Below, in pieces: positions 53,050 through 64,000 of a stretch of 64,000 nucleotides of DNA. The stretch's first letter is position 1, and the number at the start of each line of letters is the position of its first letter. Position numbers and translations under genes: made by a program. The stretch comes from Octopus sinensis (taxonomy: Eukaryota): the NCBI RefSeq assembly GCF_006345805.1, contig NC_043007.1, positions 50,654,001 to 50,718,000 of the forward strand. Reading direction: 5' to 3'. The notes under the pieces were generated by a model. That model ran no database searches. It had not been told where the DNA came from and saw only the letters and a list, made by a program, of their open reading frames with translations.

Positions 53050-53800
53050 TGACATGGCGTTAATTATGTTTGTAAATTGGTCGATGTAGTACATCCCCAA
53101 CTAACAGCTGATGGACCGCCTGTTGCTATCATATTACTAGAGTTACAACTATCACTGGTTCAATGTACTAAGTCGCATAACCTCCTCTTCCAGACCGTTT
53201 CTGATCTACCTGACCAAGCTATATCGTTCTACATGTACACCAATCAAAAATGACGTTCCTAGCTTTACTGCTGAACACTGTTTTATACCAAACAGCGACT
53301 CGAAGATTTGCTTAAACCATCTTTACAATCTACTTAATGTTAAACCCTCAAATATTAGAACACATCACATTAACTGGAGCTCCTTTACGTGAGCCCAACA
53401 AAATTGTCACAAGGATTAGAAGAATTAATCTTTCACCCGGTTTATCATGACCATTTAGTCCTTTAGTATCTTTAGTAGAGGCCACCCTGTTTCAAATAAA
53501 CATGGTTTCTGGTCTGCGAATAAATCTCAACCTCTAACCAGTCACAGCAACTGTGAAAACAGTCATAGATGGAGGTTTTCTTCATCTAAGAGATAAATAG
53601 TAAGAAAGCAACAAAACAAAATTAAACCAGCTGTCCTCAACAACTCCTTCAAGATTTCATCTATCAATGTGTACTGAGGTCAGCCTTTTCAATCGTCTGC
53701 AAACTTGCTCTGTTGACAGTTCTACTCCTAAGGTCCATAGGTGACTACTATCGGTTCGACGAACAACAAGCAGCATTATGCTACCGTAGCACAGTTGGAA
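53050..53800 (+). mobile_element. Highly degenerate LINE remnant (CR1/L2-like endonuclease-RT linker)
   Basis: Coding-like composition with weak resemblance (FWS..N, KTVIDGGF); no intact motif. Confidence 0.3.
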
Positions 53801-53887
53801 TTTCATTTCTGTATCGTATTACTAAGGAGAGTAAGTCGTTAGCATCCTCCTCTGTTAATTGAAATATTTATTTATTATTTTATTATT

Positions 53888-54097
53888 TTATTTGTTTCAG
53901 TCATTTGACTGCGGCCTTGCTGGAACACCACCTTGAAGAGTTTAAGCCGAACAAATCGGTCCCAGGACTTTTTAAAGCCTTGTACTTCTCCTATCGGTCA
54001 CTTTTGCCGAACCGCTACGATACGGGGACGTAAACACACCAACACTGGTTGTCAAATGATGATGGAGGGACACACAGATACAAAGGCATCCCCCACC

Positions 54098-54143
<46 letters not shown>

Positions 54144-54308
54144 ATCGAATATACATATCGAATATGTATATTCGATAGGTTTCTTTCAGTTTCCGTCTAC
54201 CAAATCCACTCACAACGCTTTGGTAGGCCCAACGCTATAGTAGAAAATAATTTCCGAAGGTGCCACGCAGTGGGATTGAACCCGGAATCATAGAGTCACG
54301 CCTGCGCC
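53888..54308 (-). mobile_element. SINE family A
   Basis: Reverse complement of the A consensus, from tail gtttcagtcatttgactgcggcc to head cacgcctgcgcct. Confidence 0.85.
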
Positions 54309-54664
54309 TTGCCTGTAGTAGAAGCCGTCATGGCTGCGTTTAAGGTGGCCGAATGATTGAATCATGATGGTAATCGTGGTGTCCTTCATTGAATTCATGA
54401 CATGACATCTTGGGTATGTAGTTTCCACAAAAGCCTCGGGACATCTTCAGCTGTATGGTGGTACATGGAAAATATGTAAATGCCCGTCAGATTAACTGTA
54501 CATAGACAATTATTCAAAGATCTAGATTTGTCACACAGTATCGCGCACATTCTGCCGGATGATTATATTAAAGGTACAGGCGTCATTAGAAAAGTCAGTC
54601 ATTGATGCGAGAGAATAAGATGCATCGTGACTACATTTCAAAGGATCAGCCTTGTGAAATACTA

Positions 54665-54888
54665 TACGAGGGGGTACTGAAAAGTTCCTTGCTTCGGGTA
54701 AAAGAAAATACAGGAGGACCAGTTAATTATGATTTTATTCAACATAGTTCCCTCTCAGATTTATGCACTTATTTTAGCGGTCTTCCAGTTTTTCTAAGCC
54801 TTGTAAAAGAACTTGGAGATTTGGGCCTCTTAAAACCAAGAACTTCGTGAGGCTCTTAAAACCAAGAACTTTTCAGCACCTCCTCGTA
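54665..54888. mobile_element. Mariner-derived MITE (~224 bp)
   Basis: TIRs TACGAGGGGGTACTGAAAAGTTCCTTG and CAAGAACTTTTCAGCACCTCCTCGTA with TA ends. Confidence 0.85.
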
Positions 54889-56790
54889 CCACCACAATTC
54901 CCCTTGAGAAATATATTAAGAATTTGTGTCTAAGGAAAAATTAACCATTTATTCATACAATGTTTATCATACAATGACATTTTAGTTCAGTTGGTCGAAG
55001 AACTAGAACACCTTTATCGAAACTGATGCGGTGTCCACCAAAATCAGAATAAAACTTCTTAGTTCCAATTGGGTACTGAATCAAGTAATATACAGTTACA
55101 CAACTGATATCATAAAGCAAGGCATACACTCCACAACTGTCCTTCGGAAATATATACACTCCACCTAACGAAAAATAGAATACAGAATACCGACATTGGC
55201 ACTTTAGAGGATTTGGTCTCGTACAACAATCATCTAAATTCAAATCTTTACGGAAGCGATTTCATTTTTACACATTCTAGACTTTCAAATTAATACTAGA
55301 ATTATATCTAACTTATTCTAAATGATCTGTGGCGTCGGTGTCGCTTTTATTCCAGTAATGTGGTGAGGAAAGCATAAAGAGAAAAAAGATGTACACCCAT
55401 CAATCTGAGGCTACACAATATTTTGATTCCTAATTAAGGCAGTTTTATAAATTTGAACTTCATCAGTAAAGCTATCAATCTCATTTTCAACTTCCTCTCC
55501 GAAAATGTCGAACCTGTAAACTAACTCAAAAGAAACCAATTATGTAGCAACTGTCATAGGACCAAAAATACACATCTAAACTTGTGTCTTAGTTTCAATT
55601 CTTGTATTGTAGAATAATTTCTCTACAACCATTCATAATTTTATGAAATATTTAAACATCTCCACCGCCAAATATTCTTCGGAATCTTGTGTGCCCTACT
55701 TAAATATTAACTAGAATATTTGATGGAGATACATTTTTCAGATAATTCTTTATACCACAAATAGCAAATAGAAAAACATGAAGGCAATGGCATCAAGTTT
55801 CTCTACGGACGAAGCCAAAAAGAAACATATCGTCATTGTAAAGTTTGTAAAATTTGGTTTACGTTAGAGAAATGACGTTAGCAAAATTACGTATTTCCCC
55901 TTTTAGGATAACATATCGAAAATTAGGGCTTTGGATTCCTCAGAACTAATCTTCGACACCCCACTTTAACTGCTGTTGGGTATCGTAGGTTAAAAATGGA
56001 AACTTTTTGGTTGATCATTTGTTTCCTTGCCAGGAAAACGACTTTATTCGTGAGAGGGCTTGCTTTTGTGAATCAAAGTTGAAAACAAATTAATATTTAA
56101 AGTTATTTATTTATTTCATTTAAAAGTTTGTCTAAAGCTGATACATCTTGACAGACCGAAGAATATATCTAATAAACTTTCTTCAAAGCAATAACTAGAA
56201 AGAAATACTAAAAAAAATAACGAATATTTAGATATCTGCTGTTAAATGATTTTGATTGGTAGATCATGGAAAATAAATTCTCTCAGAGGCATACATCTGA
56301 GAGATAGGGGTTCAAATTCCCTCACACAGCGTCTTGTACTCTTTTTGGAGCTGATAAAGCACAACTACAAATAATAACTTGAGGGCAGCCAAAATTAACA
56401 CCATCTTTTCTTTCGAACCAATGATGTTCATTTTACTTACAAAAAATTGCACCTTAATTTCCTTCAAATCCTATTCTTAAGATCTAAAAAGAAAGATGCA
56501 CATTGAGATGCACGGAAGCAGAAAATATCGTCATGACTGGAAAGCTTATGTTCATAGTTATCTTTGATCAGTGCTAGCTTGGGCTGAAAAGTAATATAAA
56601 AAATTTTGAAGAGAGAACAAAGAATTGTAACGTCAGTTGATGGTAACTATATAAAATTCAAGATGATTGTTGTTTTTACATGGCCGTCGGTATGAATGTT
56701 GAAAGATTGAATAAGTTCGTCGTTGTATCTCTGGAGAGTCATTTTGCAAAAAACACATGCACATTTCACTTCTTCTTCTTCTTCTTCTTC

Positions 56791-56821
<31 letters not shown>

Positions 56822-56974
56822 GAGTTCAAATTCTGCCGAGGTCAACTGTTTATCTTCCTTTCGGAAGTTGAACATTAGTGTCGATGTAATCGACTTACAT
56901 TCTTCCCGAAATTGCCTACCTTGTGCCAAATTTTGAAACTTGTGTTGTTCGAATGCAAAATGATCACATTACAA

Positions 56975-57135
56975 AAATTCTTTTCTATGGTCAACTAATA
57001 CAGGTATTCCGCGGTAAAGGAAGACACATCCTTAGAAATAAGGATAAGTTGAAACATTCACTAAAATCCTTAGAGTCTAATTTAACATCTCGGTAAAAAT
57101 TATTGCCTAGATCTGTCTGAGTGGCGTAGAATGTG
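56975..57135 (+). mobile_element. RTE-type LINE C-terminal remnant
   Basis: KILFYGQLIQVFRGKGRHILRNKDKLKHSLK...DLSEWR resembles the RTE YGEL..G.R..GR...R.KD.LK motif. Confidence 0.6.
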
Positions 57136-57547
57136 TCATGATGAATTTATACAATTTAAATAGGGAGCAGAACAATAACAACATTTTATGCGGCAGTCAA
57201 TAGACACATTTACGTAATCTCAAGCAAAATTAAAATCATCATTGTCCCCATTGTGATTTCATAGCAAAATCCATATCTGTACTCATTATATTCACGCATC
57301 CATCGCAAATAGATACAACTCCTTTTATTTGCGATAAAATAAAGTAACAAATGAAACACTGGGTCCAAACCCTTCCCCTAAAATCGCTGGCCTTGTACCT
57401 TTATCAGAAAAGATAAGATAAAAGATGGAGAGTAGAAAAAAAGCCGTTATGATGTTTCGGCTCTTTATTCTAAAAGAACTCTGCTCTTCATTCTTACGGT
57501 GTCAATGAAACAGTCTACTGCTGGAGTCAATACTCACCTCTCCAAGT

Positions 57548-57745
57548 AAGGCAGAATCATTAGCACACCGGACAAAACGCTTAGTGATATTTCGTCCGGC
57601 TTTACCTTTTGAGTTCAACATTCCACCGAGGTTGACTTTTCGGGGTTGATAAAATAAGTATCAATTGAGTACTGGGGAAACAACTTACCCCCTCCCCTCG
57701 CCCCCACCAAAATCCTGACTTTGTGCCAAAATTTGAAATCAATAT
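57548..57745 (+). mobile_element. SINE family B
   Basis: aaggcagaatcattagcacaccgg...gagttcaacattccaccgagg...gtgccaaaatttgaaatcaat. Confidence 0.8.
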
Positions 57746-58399
57746 AAGCATCTTCACAAATTTCTGATCTTGTGCCTGTATCGGGAATTATTGTACAACG
57801 TGAATAAAAATAAATTTCTAAAAGGATTTCTTAAACAAACTGAATTAAATGATGTGTAATATAATAAATTGAATATCGTTTACAGTTGAAATTAGTGCAG
57901 TGGATATGAAAGCAAGCAGAAAGAAGGCGATTCTTGAAACACATGTTAGGTTGAGACTGAACCATAGGAATCAGGCAGCTTATATATCATTTCAAAATGT
58001 GAAGAATTCTGAGTCTAATTCTTTTAAAAGATTTATATTAATTATAAACTGTATATTCAAGCACTTTGCCAGTTGTATATACACCATCAAATAATCTCTC
58101 ACTCCCTTGCTACTCACTCAATCTTTTCCTCTTTTTCTCGCGTGTTTGTTTTAAATTTGGTTTATTCTGAAGGAATAAATATACTAATAAGTATATATAT
58201 ATGTGTGTGTGTGTGTGCGTGTGCGCGCGTGTGTGTGTGTGTGTGTGTGTGTGCGTGTGTGTGTGTGTGTGTATGTGTGCATACTACTGATACTCCGTCG
58301 GTGACGACGACAACGGTTCCAGTTGATCCGATCAGCCTGCTCAATCTACAGACACGCTTACCTTCAATGTAGTTCTCAGAGATTCAACGTGAAACAAAA

Positions 58400-58570
58400 T
58401 GTGACAAGGCCGGCTCTTTGATTTACAGGTACTATTCATTTTTTTTAGCTGAATGGACTGGATGAATGTGAAATAGAGTGTCTTGTTCAAGCACAACGCG
58501 TCACCGGTTTTTGAACTCAGACCTTACGATCGTGAGCCGAATATCCTAACTACTAAGCCACGTGCCTTCA
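58400..58570 (-). mobile_element. tRNA-derived SINE, third family
   Basis: Minus-strand head gtgaaggcacgtggcttagtagttaggatattcggctcacgatcgtaaggtctgagttcaaaaacc has A/B boxes; the body differs from families A and B. Confidence 0.65.
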
Positions 58571-58667
58571 CACACATACACACAGCACACACGCGCGCGC
58601 ACTCTCTCACACCCACATGTATATATGTGCGAGCGAGTGGTTAAACGAAAGAAAGTGACACTCAACA

Positions 58668-58921
58668 CATTCATCAGGTGGTTTAAATATTTATCTTCGC
58701 GAGGTTTAAACCTCGCCAAGATAAATATTTAAACCACCTGATGAATGACTGTAACTCGAAAATTTAAAGAAATTAACAGCCATGAAACGATCGTAGTGTG
58801 ATATTAATTATATTTTTTTAATAATTTTGTTATATGTTTAAATATAAATTAAATAATCTTATGTATTGGCTTAAGTTTTTCATTGTTTGATTTGCCTAAT
58901 AGTGGTTTTGTCTCTAATTTA

Positions 58922-58925
<4 letters not shown>
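58668..58925 (+). mobile_element. Short fold-back hammerhead element: 80-bp palindrome at the 5' end, AT-rich tail ending at (TA)n
   Basis: 58668-58747 is a palindrome with one C-C mismatch; the tail resembles 14418-14484. Confidence 0.75.
58735..58798 (+). ncRNA. Type I hammerhead ribozyme with perfectly palindromic stem III
   Basis: CAC-CUGAUGA(58738-58744)-AUG.CUGU...ACAG.CAU-GAAA(58784-58787)-CGAUCG-UA^GUG; palindrome ACGAUCGU; cut after 58795; stem I only 3 bp. Confidence 0.7.
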
Positions 58926-58978
<53 letters not shown>

Positions 58979-58979
58979 A

Positions 58980-59760
58980 GAAAGATAATTAATTTAATAA
59001 AATCAACAAATTTCACCTAGTAGTATTTCGGTATGGAAAAGGACCATATTCGGTAAAAACTTATATAATTATAACAATAAGGGTTTGCAACAAGTTGCAT
59101 GACCACATACCGACAATTTTAGAAATAGCAGCCAAAGGACTACTATTTCTACTATATTTTCGGTATGTGGTCATGCAATTTGTTGCAAACTCTTATTGTT
59201 ATACTTATATAAGTTTTTACCGAATATGGTCCTTTTCCATACCGAAATACTACTAGGTGAAATTTGTTGATTTTATTAAATTAATTATCTTTCACCCTAT
59301 ATCTGTAATGATTATTTCACTCCCCTACGACAAAACTACGAATCTTTTTTCGGCAGTACTATTTGTGACTCACGTGTTAGAAAAAATTTGGGAGGGAAAT
59401 ACAAATTCACTTGTCTATATAAATGTGGATATGCTGATTAGCTTTTATATGTTCCGATGACACCTGGTCGGAAATATAAGAGGTAAGTTTTCCTAGCATT
59501 TCTAGATTTATTTACCGGAATATTATGTTGATAAAGGAAACGAATCTTATTATTCTAATCCAGAAACGTACGTCCATAATTAACCGAGGACTGTTTGATT
59601 TCATAATTTTTCTTCTTTTTTTTACCTTATGTGAGTTACAAATATTGTTGTCTGTGAATACATATTTATGTAGAAAAAGGAAATAGTAGTTCTTTCTAGT
59701 ATTTCTAAAATTTTCGGTATGTGGTCATGCAACTTGTTGCAAACCCTTGTTGTTATAATT
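58980..59760. mobile_element. Fold-back non-coding element with 134-bp inverted arms and a terminal direct repeat, flanked by (TA)n
   Basis: 58980-59113 is the reverse complement of 59160-59293 (about 3 mismatches); 59160-59212 recurs at 59713-59760. Confidence 0.8.
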
Positions 59761-59764
59761 ATAT

Positions 59765-59836
<72 letters not shown>

Positions 59837-59913
59837 TGTAGCGTGGAAGGTGTTTATAAGCCATTTAAGAAACACACAAAAGCCGTTCGATTCACTTCAA
59901 CATTTAAGTTTAA

Positions 59914-59963
59914 TTTGTCAAAATATTTTCGTCGCTAAAATCCGCGACCTGTTCACTGACAAA
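59914..59963 (-). ncRNA. Candidate minimal hammerhead with swapped G3-C8 core
   Basis: UUUGUCA-GUGAACA-G-GUCGC-GGAUUUUA-GCGAC-GAAA-AUAUUU^UGACAAA: 7-bp stem I, 5-bp stem II, palindromic AAUAUU stem III. Confidence 0.55.
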
Positions 59964-59994
59964 AATCCGTGCTATCCGTGCTGCAGCACGGATT

Positions 59995-60044
59995 TTTTTC
60001 AGTGAACAGGTCGCGGATTTTAGTGACGAAAATATTTTGACAAA
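59995..60044 (+). ncRNA. Second copy of the G3-C8 variant hammerhead
   Basis: Same core; stem II change is a tolerated G-U wobble (GUCGC/GUGAC); one stem I mismatch at 59998. Confidence 0.5.
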
Positions 60045-60181
60045 TTAAACTTGAATGTTGAAGTGAATCGAACGGCTTTTGTGTGTTTCTTAAATGGCTT
60101 ATAAACACCTTCCACGCTGCAATTGTTTTCGTTTCAGCACACGATCTCAGATCAAATTACTTGCTATGCGAGTACCTCTCC

Positions 60182-60250
<69 letters not shown>

Positions 60251-60260
60251 GTATATAAAA

Positions 60261-60309
<49 letters not shown>

Positions 60310-60329
60310 CACTTTTATCTTTTACTTGC

Positions 60330-60670
60330 TTCACTGATTGGACTACAGCTAATTCTATTTTATTCTATAGGATTTTGGCCGAACTCCTTGGTTATGGGGA
60401 CGTAAATTAACCGCCACCATTTGTGAAGTGCTGAGAAACAAACACAAGGATACACATCCACACACGCATACAAATATATGCGCGCGCGTGTGTGTGCATG
60501 TTTGTGACGGGCTTTCAAAACAGTTTACATGTTTGAAATTCACTCACAAGGCTTTGGTCAACTCGGGACTATGATATAAAACATTCGGCCAAGATCCAAG
60601 CTACCAGATGGCCGGAACCCAAAACTACGTGTTTTCGTAAGGAATGCCTTAATCACTCAGCCCTTAGTCA
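60330..60670 (-). mobile_element. SINE family A, degenerate
   Basis: gccgaactccttggttatggggacgtaaat...ggccggaacccaaaactacgt...ccttaatcactcagcc. Confidence 0.65.
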
Positions 60671-61141
60671 CCCAGAAGTGTCATGTATCACAAACGAAAT
60701 TACGGGGTAGATATTATTCAAATTTTACTCTACCTTGTAAGATTTTTATATTGCCATTTTAACCTTCTTTGTTCGACAGACTTTCATGAGCGGAAATGTC
60801 CCTAGACAGGTATTTCCTTACCGCTATGGTGTTGACATTGCAAACTTTTTTTTTTTACTTTCGGTATTAAAGAATTGACACTCCTAAAATATATTAATTC
60901 TAGTATTGATTTTCTGGCAAAAGTACATTTGAAATCATTCCCTTCCATGATTCTGTCATTCATGTCCTCCCGTGTTCTAAAACTAATATTGTAATATAGT
61001 TTAAATACTTGGAACACCTTCCACAGCTACTGTTTACACAAGTTATATGAATTAATAAAGCCAAATAGTATAGTTTCGTACCAAACGATTTATTTCACTC
61101 AGCTTTCATAAAAAAATATCGTTATCGTCATCATCATCATC

Positions 61142-61189
<48 letters not shown>

Positions 61190-61195
<6 letters not shown>

Positions 61196-61423
61196 CTTTA
61201 CTACCCACAAGGGGCTAAACATAGAGGGGACAAACAAGGACAGACAAAGGGATTAAGTCGATTACATCGACCCAGTGCGAAACTGGTACTTTATTTATCG
61301 ACCCCGAGAGGATGAAAGGCAAAGTCGACCTCGGCGGAATTTGAACTCAGAACGTAACGACAGACGAAATACCGCTAAGCATTTCGCCCGGCGCGCTAAC
61401 GTTTCTGCCAGCTCGCCGCCTCT
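61190..61423 (-). mobile_element. SINE family B, full length, well conserved
   Basis: Complete reverse complement from tail tttctttactacccacaagg to head ctgccagctcgccgcct. Confidence 0.9.
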
Positions 61424-61434
61424 TATGCTATATA

Positions 61435-61598
61435 TAGGCGCATGACTGGCTGAATGATAAGAAGTTTGCTTCCCAACGACATGGTTCCAGGTTCAATCCC
61501 ACTGCGTGGCACCTTGGACAAGTGTCTTCTACTATAACCTCGAGCCGACGAAAGCCTTGTGAGTGAATTTGATAGGCGAAAACTAAAAGAAGCCCGTC

Positions 61599-61602
<4 letters not shown>
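61435..61602 (+). mobile_element. SINE family A, 5' half
   Basis: taggcgcatgactggctgaatgataagaagtttgcttcccaac...ggttcaatccc...gaaactaaaagaagcccgtcg. Confidence 0.8.
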
Positions 61603-61634
<32 letters not shown>

Positions 61635-62034
61635 AGAGGGAGAGAAAGAGAGACAGAATCAGACAGCCAGACAGAGACATTTTTACAGACAAGCACATAC
61701 ACACGCACACACAAATGTGTGCGTGTTTTGAAAACTTTAAATTTCGTATTTTCTTTCAACTAATGGTTTGATAATACTGTTCTCAGGCACGCTTGAAGGT
61801 CTTTGCGGTTATACTATTATTCTGATTTGGTGAAACGCAATGCTCAGTTATTGTTTGATATATGCATCGTATCCTGCGACAGGTCGGAGTGTTGTGAATT
61901 GATTGGAATTTGTATATATTCGACCTACTGCTGAAAAGACTATTTTCATAGAGTTAGGTCTTTACCGGGATGGGTTGGTCCCTTTGCGATCGATAAATTA
62001 GCCACTCAGTCAATGATGCTAAGACGAACGTTCA

Positions 62035-62215
62035 TTACCATGTTGAAAGAGTTAAGGATCGTTCGTTGAGGCTTTTCGTCTGAGTTCAAATTCCGTCGAG
62101 GTCGACTTTGCTTTTCATCATTTCCTAGTCGATAAAATAAGTGTCTGTCAAGTACCGGGGTCGATGAAATCGACTTCCCCTTACCTCAAAAACTGTTGGC
62201 CTTGTGCCACACTTT
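62035..62215 (+). mobile_element. SINE family B, degenerate
   Basis: ctgagttcaaattccgtcgaggtcgactttgcttttcatc...gtaccggggtcgatgaaatcgac. Confidence 0.7.
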
Positions 62216-62687
62216 GTAACCATTATTACAATGATCTGATATTGGCACTTTTATCACTATTTGTTAAGAAGTTCCCGATTTAATTGGATGAAATACTTGA
62301 TTTTCTATGCAATGGATTTGTTTTGGATCGTGGCCAAATAATTTAAAGCGTAAATATTTTCATCAATATCAAACCAACATCAACACGAGTTGCCTCCCTT
62401 CCCAATGCATGTTTTATACAAAGAGTACTAAAAGACAAAGAAGCAATATTTTTGCAAGTGATTTGACGAAAGCACAACGTGTTCTGAACATGATAGTAAA
62501 TAGATGAATATGTAACACATTTTCTAACGTTTTTTTTGTTTTCATTATATGAGCAATTCTTGATATCCTGTTAACAAATCATATTTCAACGTGTTCGAGA
62601 ATATATTTGGGAATACTTTTTTATTTACGCTTGAACAATCGGTAACTTGAAACTCGGAGTTACGTTGAAGAAGATTCAGATTCTACT

Positions 62688-62725
<38 letters not shown>

Positions 62726-62776
62726 CCAGTGTGAATGCATTAGAATCTCTGTATAAATATCTTATAATTTGTTTAC

Positions 62777-62943
62777 AGGCGCAGGAGTAGCTGTGTGGTA
62801 AGTAGCTTGCTAACCAACCACATAGTTCCAGGTTCAGTCCCACTGTGTGGCATCTTGGGCAAGTGTCTTCTGCTATAGCCCCCGAGCCGACCAATGCCTT
62901 GTGAGTGGATTTGGTAGACGGAAACTGAAAGAAGCCTGTCGTA

Positions 62944-62984
<41 letters not shown>

Positions 62985-63203
62985 GTGTGTGTGTATGTGT
63001 TTGCGTGTTTGTGTTTGTCCCCCTAGCATTGCTTGACAACCGATGCTGGTGTGTTTACGTCCCCGTCACTTAGCGTTCGGCAAAAAAGACCGATAGAATA
63101 AGTACTGGGCTTACAAAGAATAAGTCCCGGGGTTGATTTGCTCGACTAAAGGCGGTGCTCCAGCATGGCTGCAGTCAAATGACTGAAACAAGTAAAAGAG
63201 TAA
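62777..63203 (+). mobile_element. SINE family A, full length, young
   Basis: Nearly identical to 15643-16050. Confidence 0.9.
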
Positions 63204-64000
63204 TATTTTTACTCGTATCCCTTCCACACATATATCTTTCTTTCTGTTCAGTGATTTGACTTGGAATACTTAATAGTATTTATCCAAATCAGGGACAGTT
63301 GTTTGAAAACATTATCTACTAGATCCAGTTTTAGTTTCCAATTGAATTGCACGGTCCAAGTTGACTGATCCTAATGTTGCTGATCCTAATGAATTGAAAG
63401 GCAAAGTGGACATTAGTAAGATTTGAAATTTGGGGGTAAAGAGTCGAAAGCAAACACTGCAAAGTTTTCCCTTTCTTTGCTTTAACGATGCTCACAATCT
63501 ACAATCTTTACAACGGATTTCTCTTCTAGAAAAATAAGTCGATGGTAGAATTGGTAGAGAATTGTATTTGTCCTTTACGTTCCGGGGTCAAATCCTTCGA
63601 ATGGATTTAACTGAATAATCCGTCCAATCAAGTTACTAAAAACATGTGGTATCCTACCTATCTGCTTATACTGTGATCTCTCTTCTTTCTCGATTCAAGT
63701 CCTGCAGAGGTCAATACTGCACTATATTCCTCTAATCCTGTTTAAATATCAATCATATTCAGGGACAACTCAGTCGATTAAATTTACAATTCTAAGATCT
63801 CGTCGAAAAATAGTAATTGTTGTTCTTGATGATGTTGTGGTCACAATGGTAGTATAAGCCCAGGTCCGGTTTGACCTAGCAGCTTCATAATAAAAACGTT
63901 CCAGGTGTGACCACAGTGCATTTATTTTATCTAATGGTTTACCGTAAAAGTAAAACAGTGAAACTTTTTGAATCGATAGATCTTGTTTTGAAGAAAACCG

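Larger units (their letters stand above)
59832..60182. mobile_element. Fold-back element with ~142-bp inverted arms carrying variant hammerheads, flanked by (TA)n
   Basis: 59832-59973 is the reverse complement of 59985-60126; central palindrome atccgtgctgcagcacggat. Confidence 0.85.

Noticed and set aside
55680-55980. Two + strand acceptor-like sites (ttttcag, ccttttag)
   Set aside because: Downstream frames contain early stops; not supportable as exons.
59449-59475. CCGAUGA...GGAAA
   Set aside because: Forms a simple hairpin (uuccga/ucggaa), not a three-way junction.

Overview
AT-rich, microsatellite-saturated animal genomic DNA. The SINE families and transposon mix point to an octopus (coleoid cephalopod); this is inferred from repeat content, not from a marker gene. 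No intact host gene, rRNA, tRNA or CRISPR array is supported, so the window looks intergenic or intronic. Nearly all ORFs in the supplied track are microsatellite or antisense artefacts. The real coding signal is decayed transposons: two mariner transposases, several Penelope-like elements (PLE; RT and GIY-YIG), CR1, three to four L1/Tx1 copies, an R4/Dong element, a HERO-like fragment, an RTE remnant, hAT and mariner MITEs, and more than 25 tRNA-derived SINE copies. The main unexplained structure is a set of short non-coding fold-back (inverted-repeat) elements docked on (TA)n tracts that carry type I hammerhead ribozymes. Six copies have the canonical CUGAUGA/GAAA core: 624-712(+), 824-912(-), 11679-11772(-), 28901-28991(-), 30045-30135(+) and 58735-58798(+). 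Stem I covaries between families, and most have a self-complementary stem III suited to dimer cleavage. Two further copies (59914-59963 -, 59995-60044 +) have a hammerhead fold in which the C3-G8 tertiary pair is swapped to G3-C8. All folding was done by eye. Repeat boundaries are approximate (about 10-30 nt); ribozyme coordinates were counted directly.
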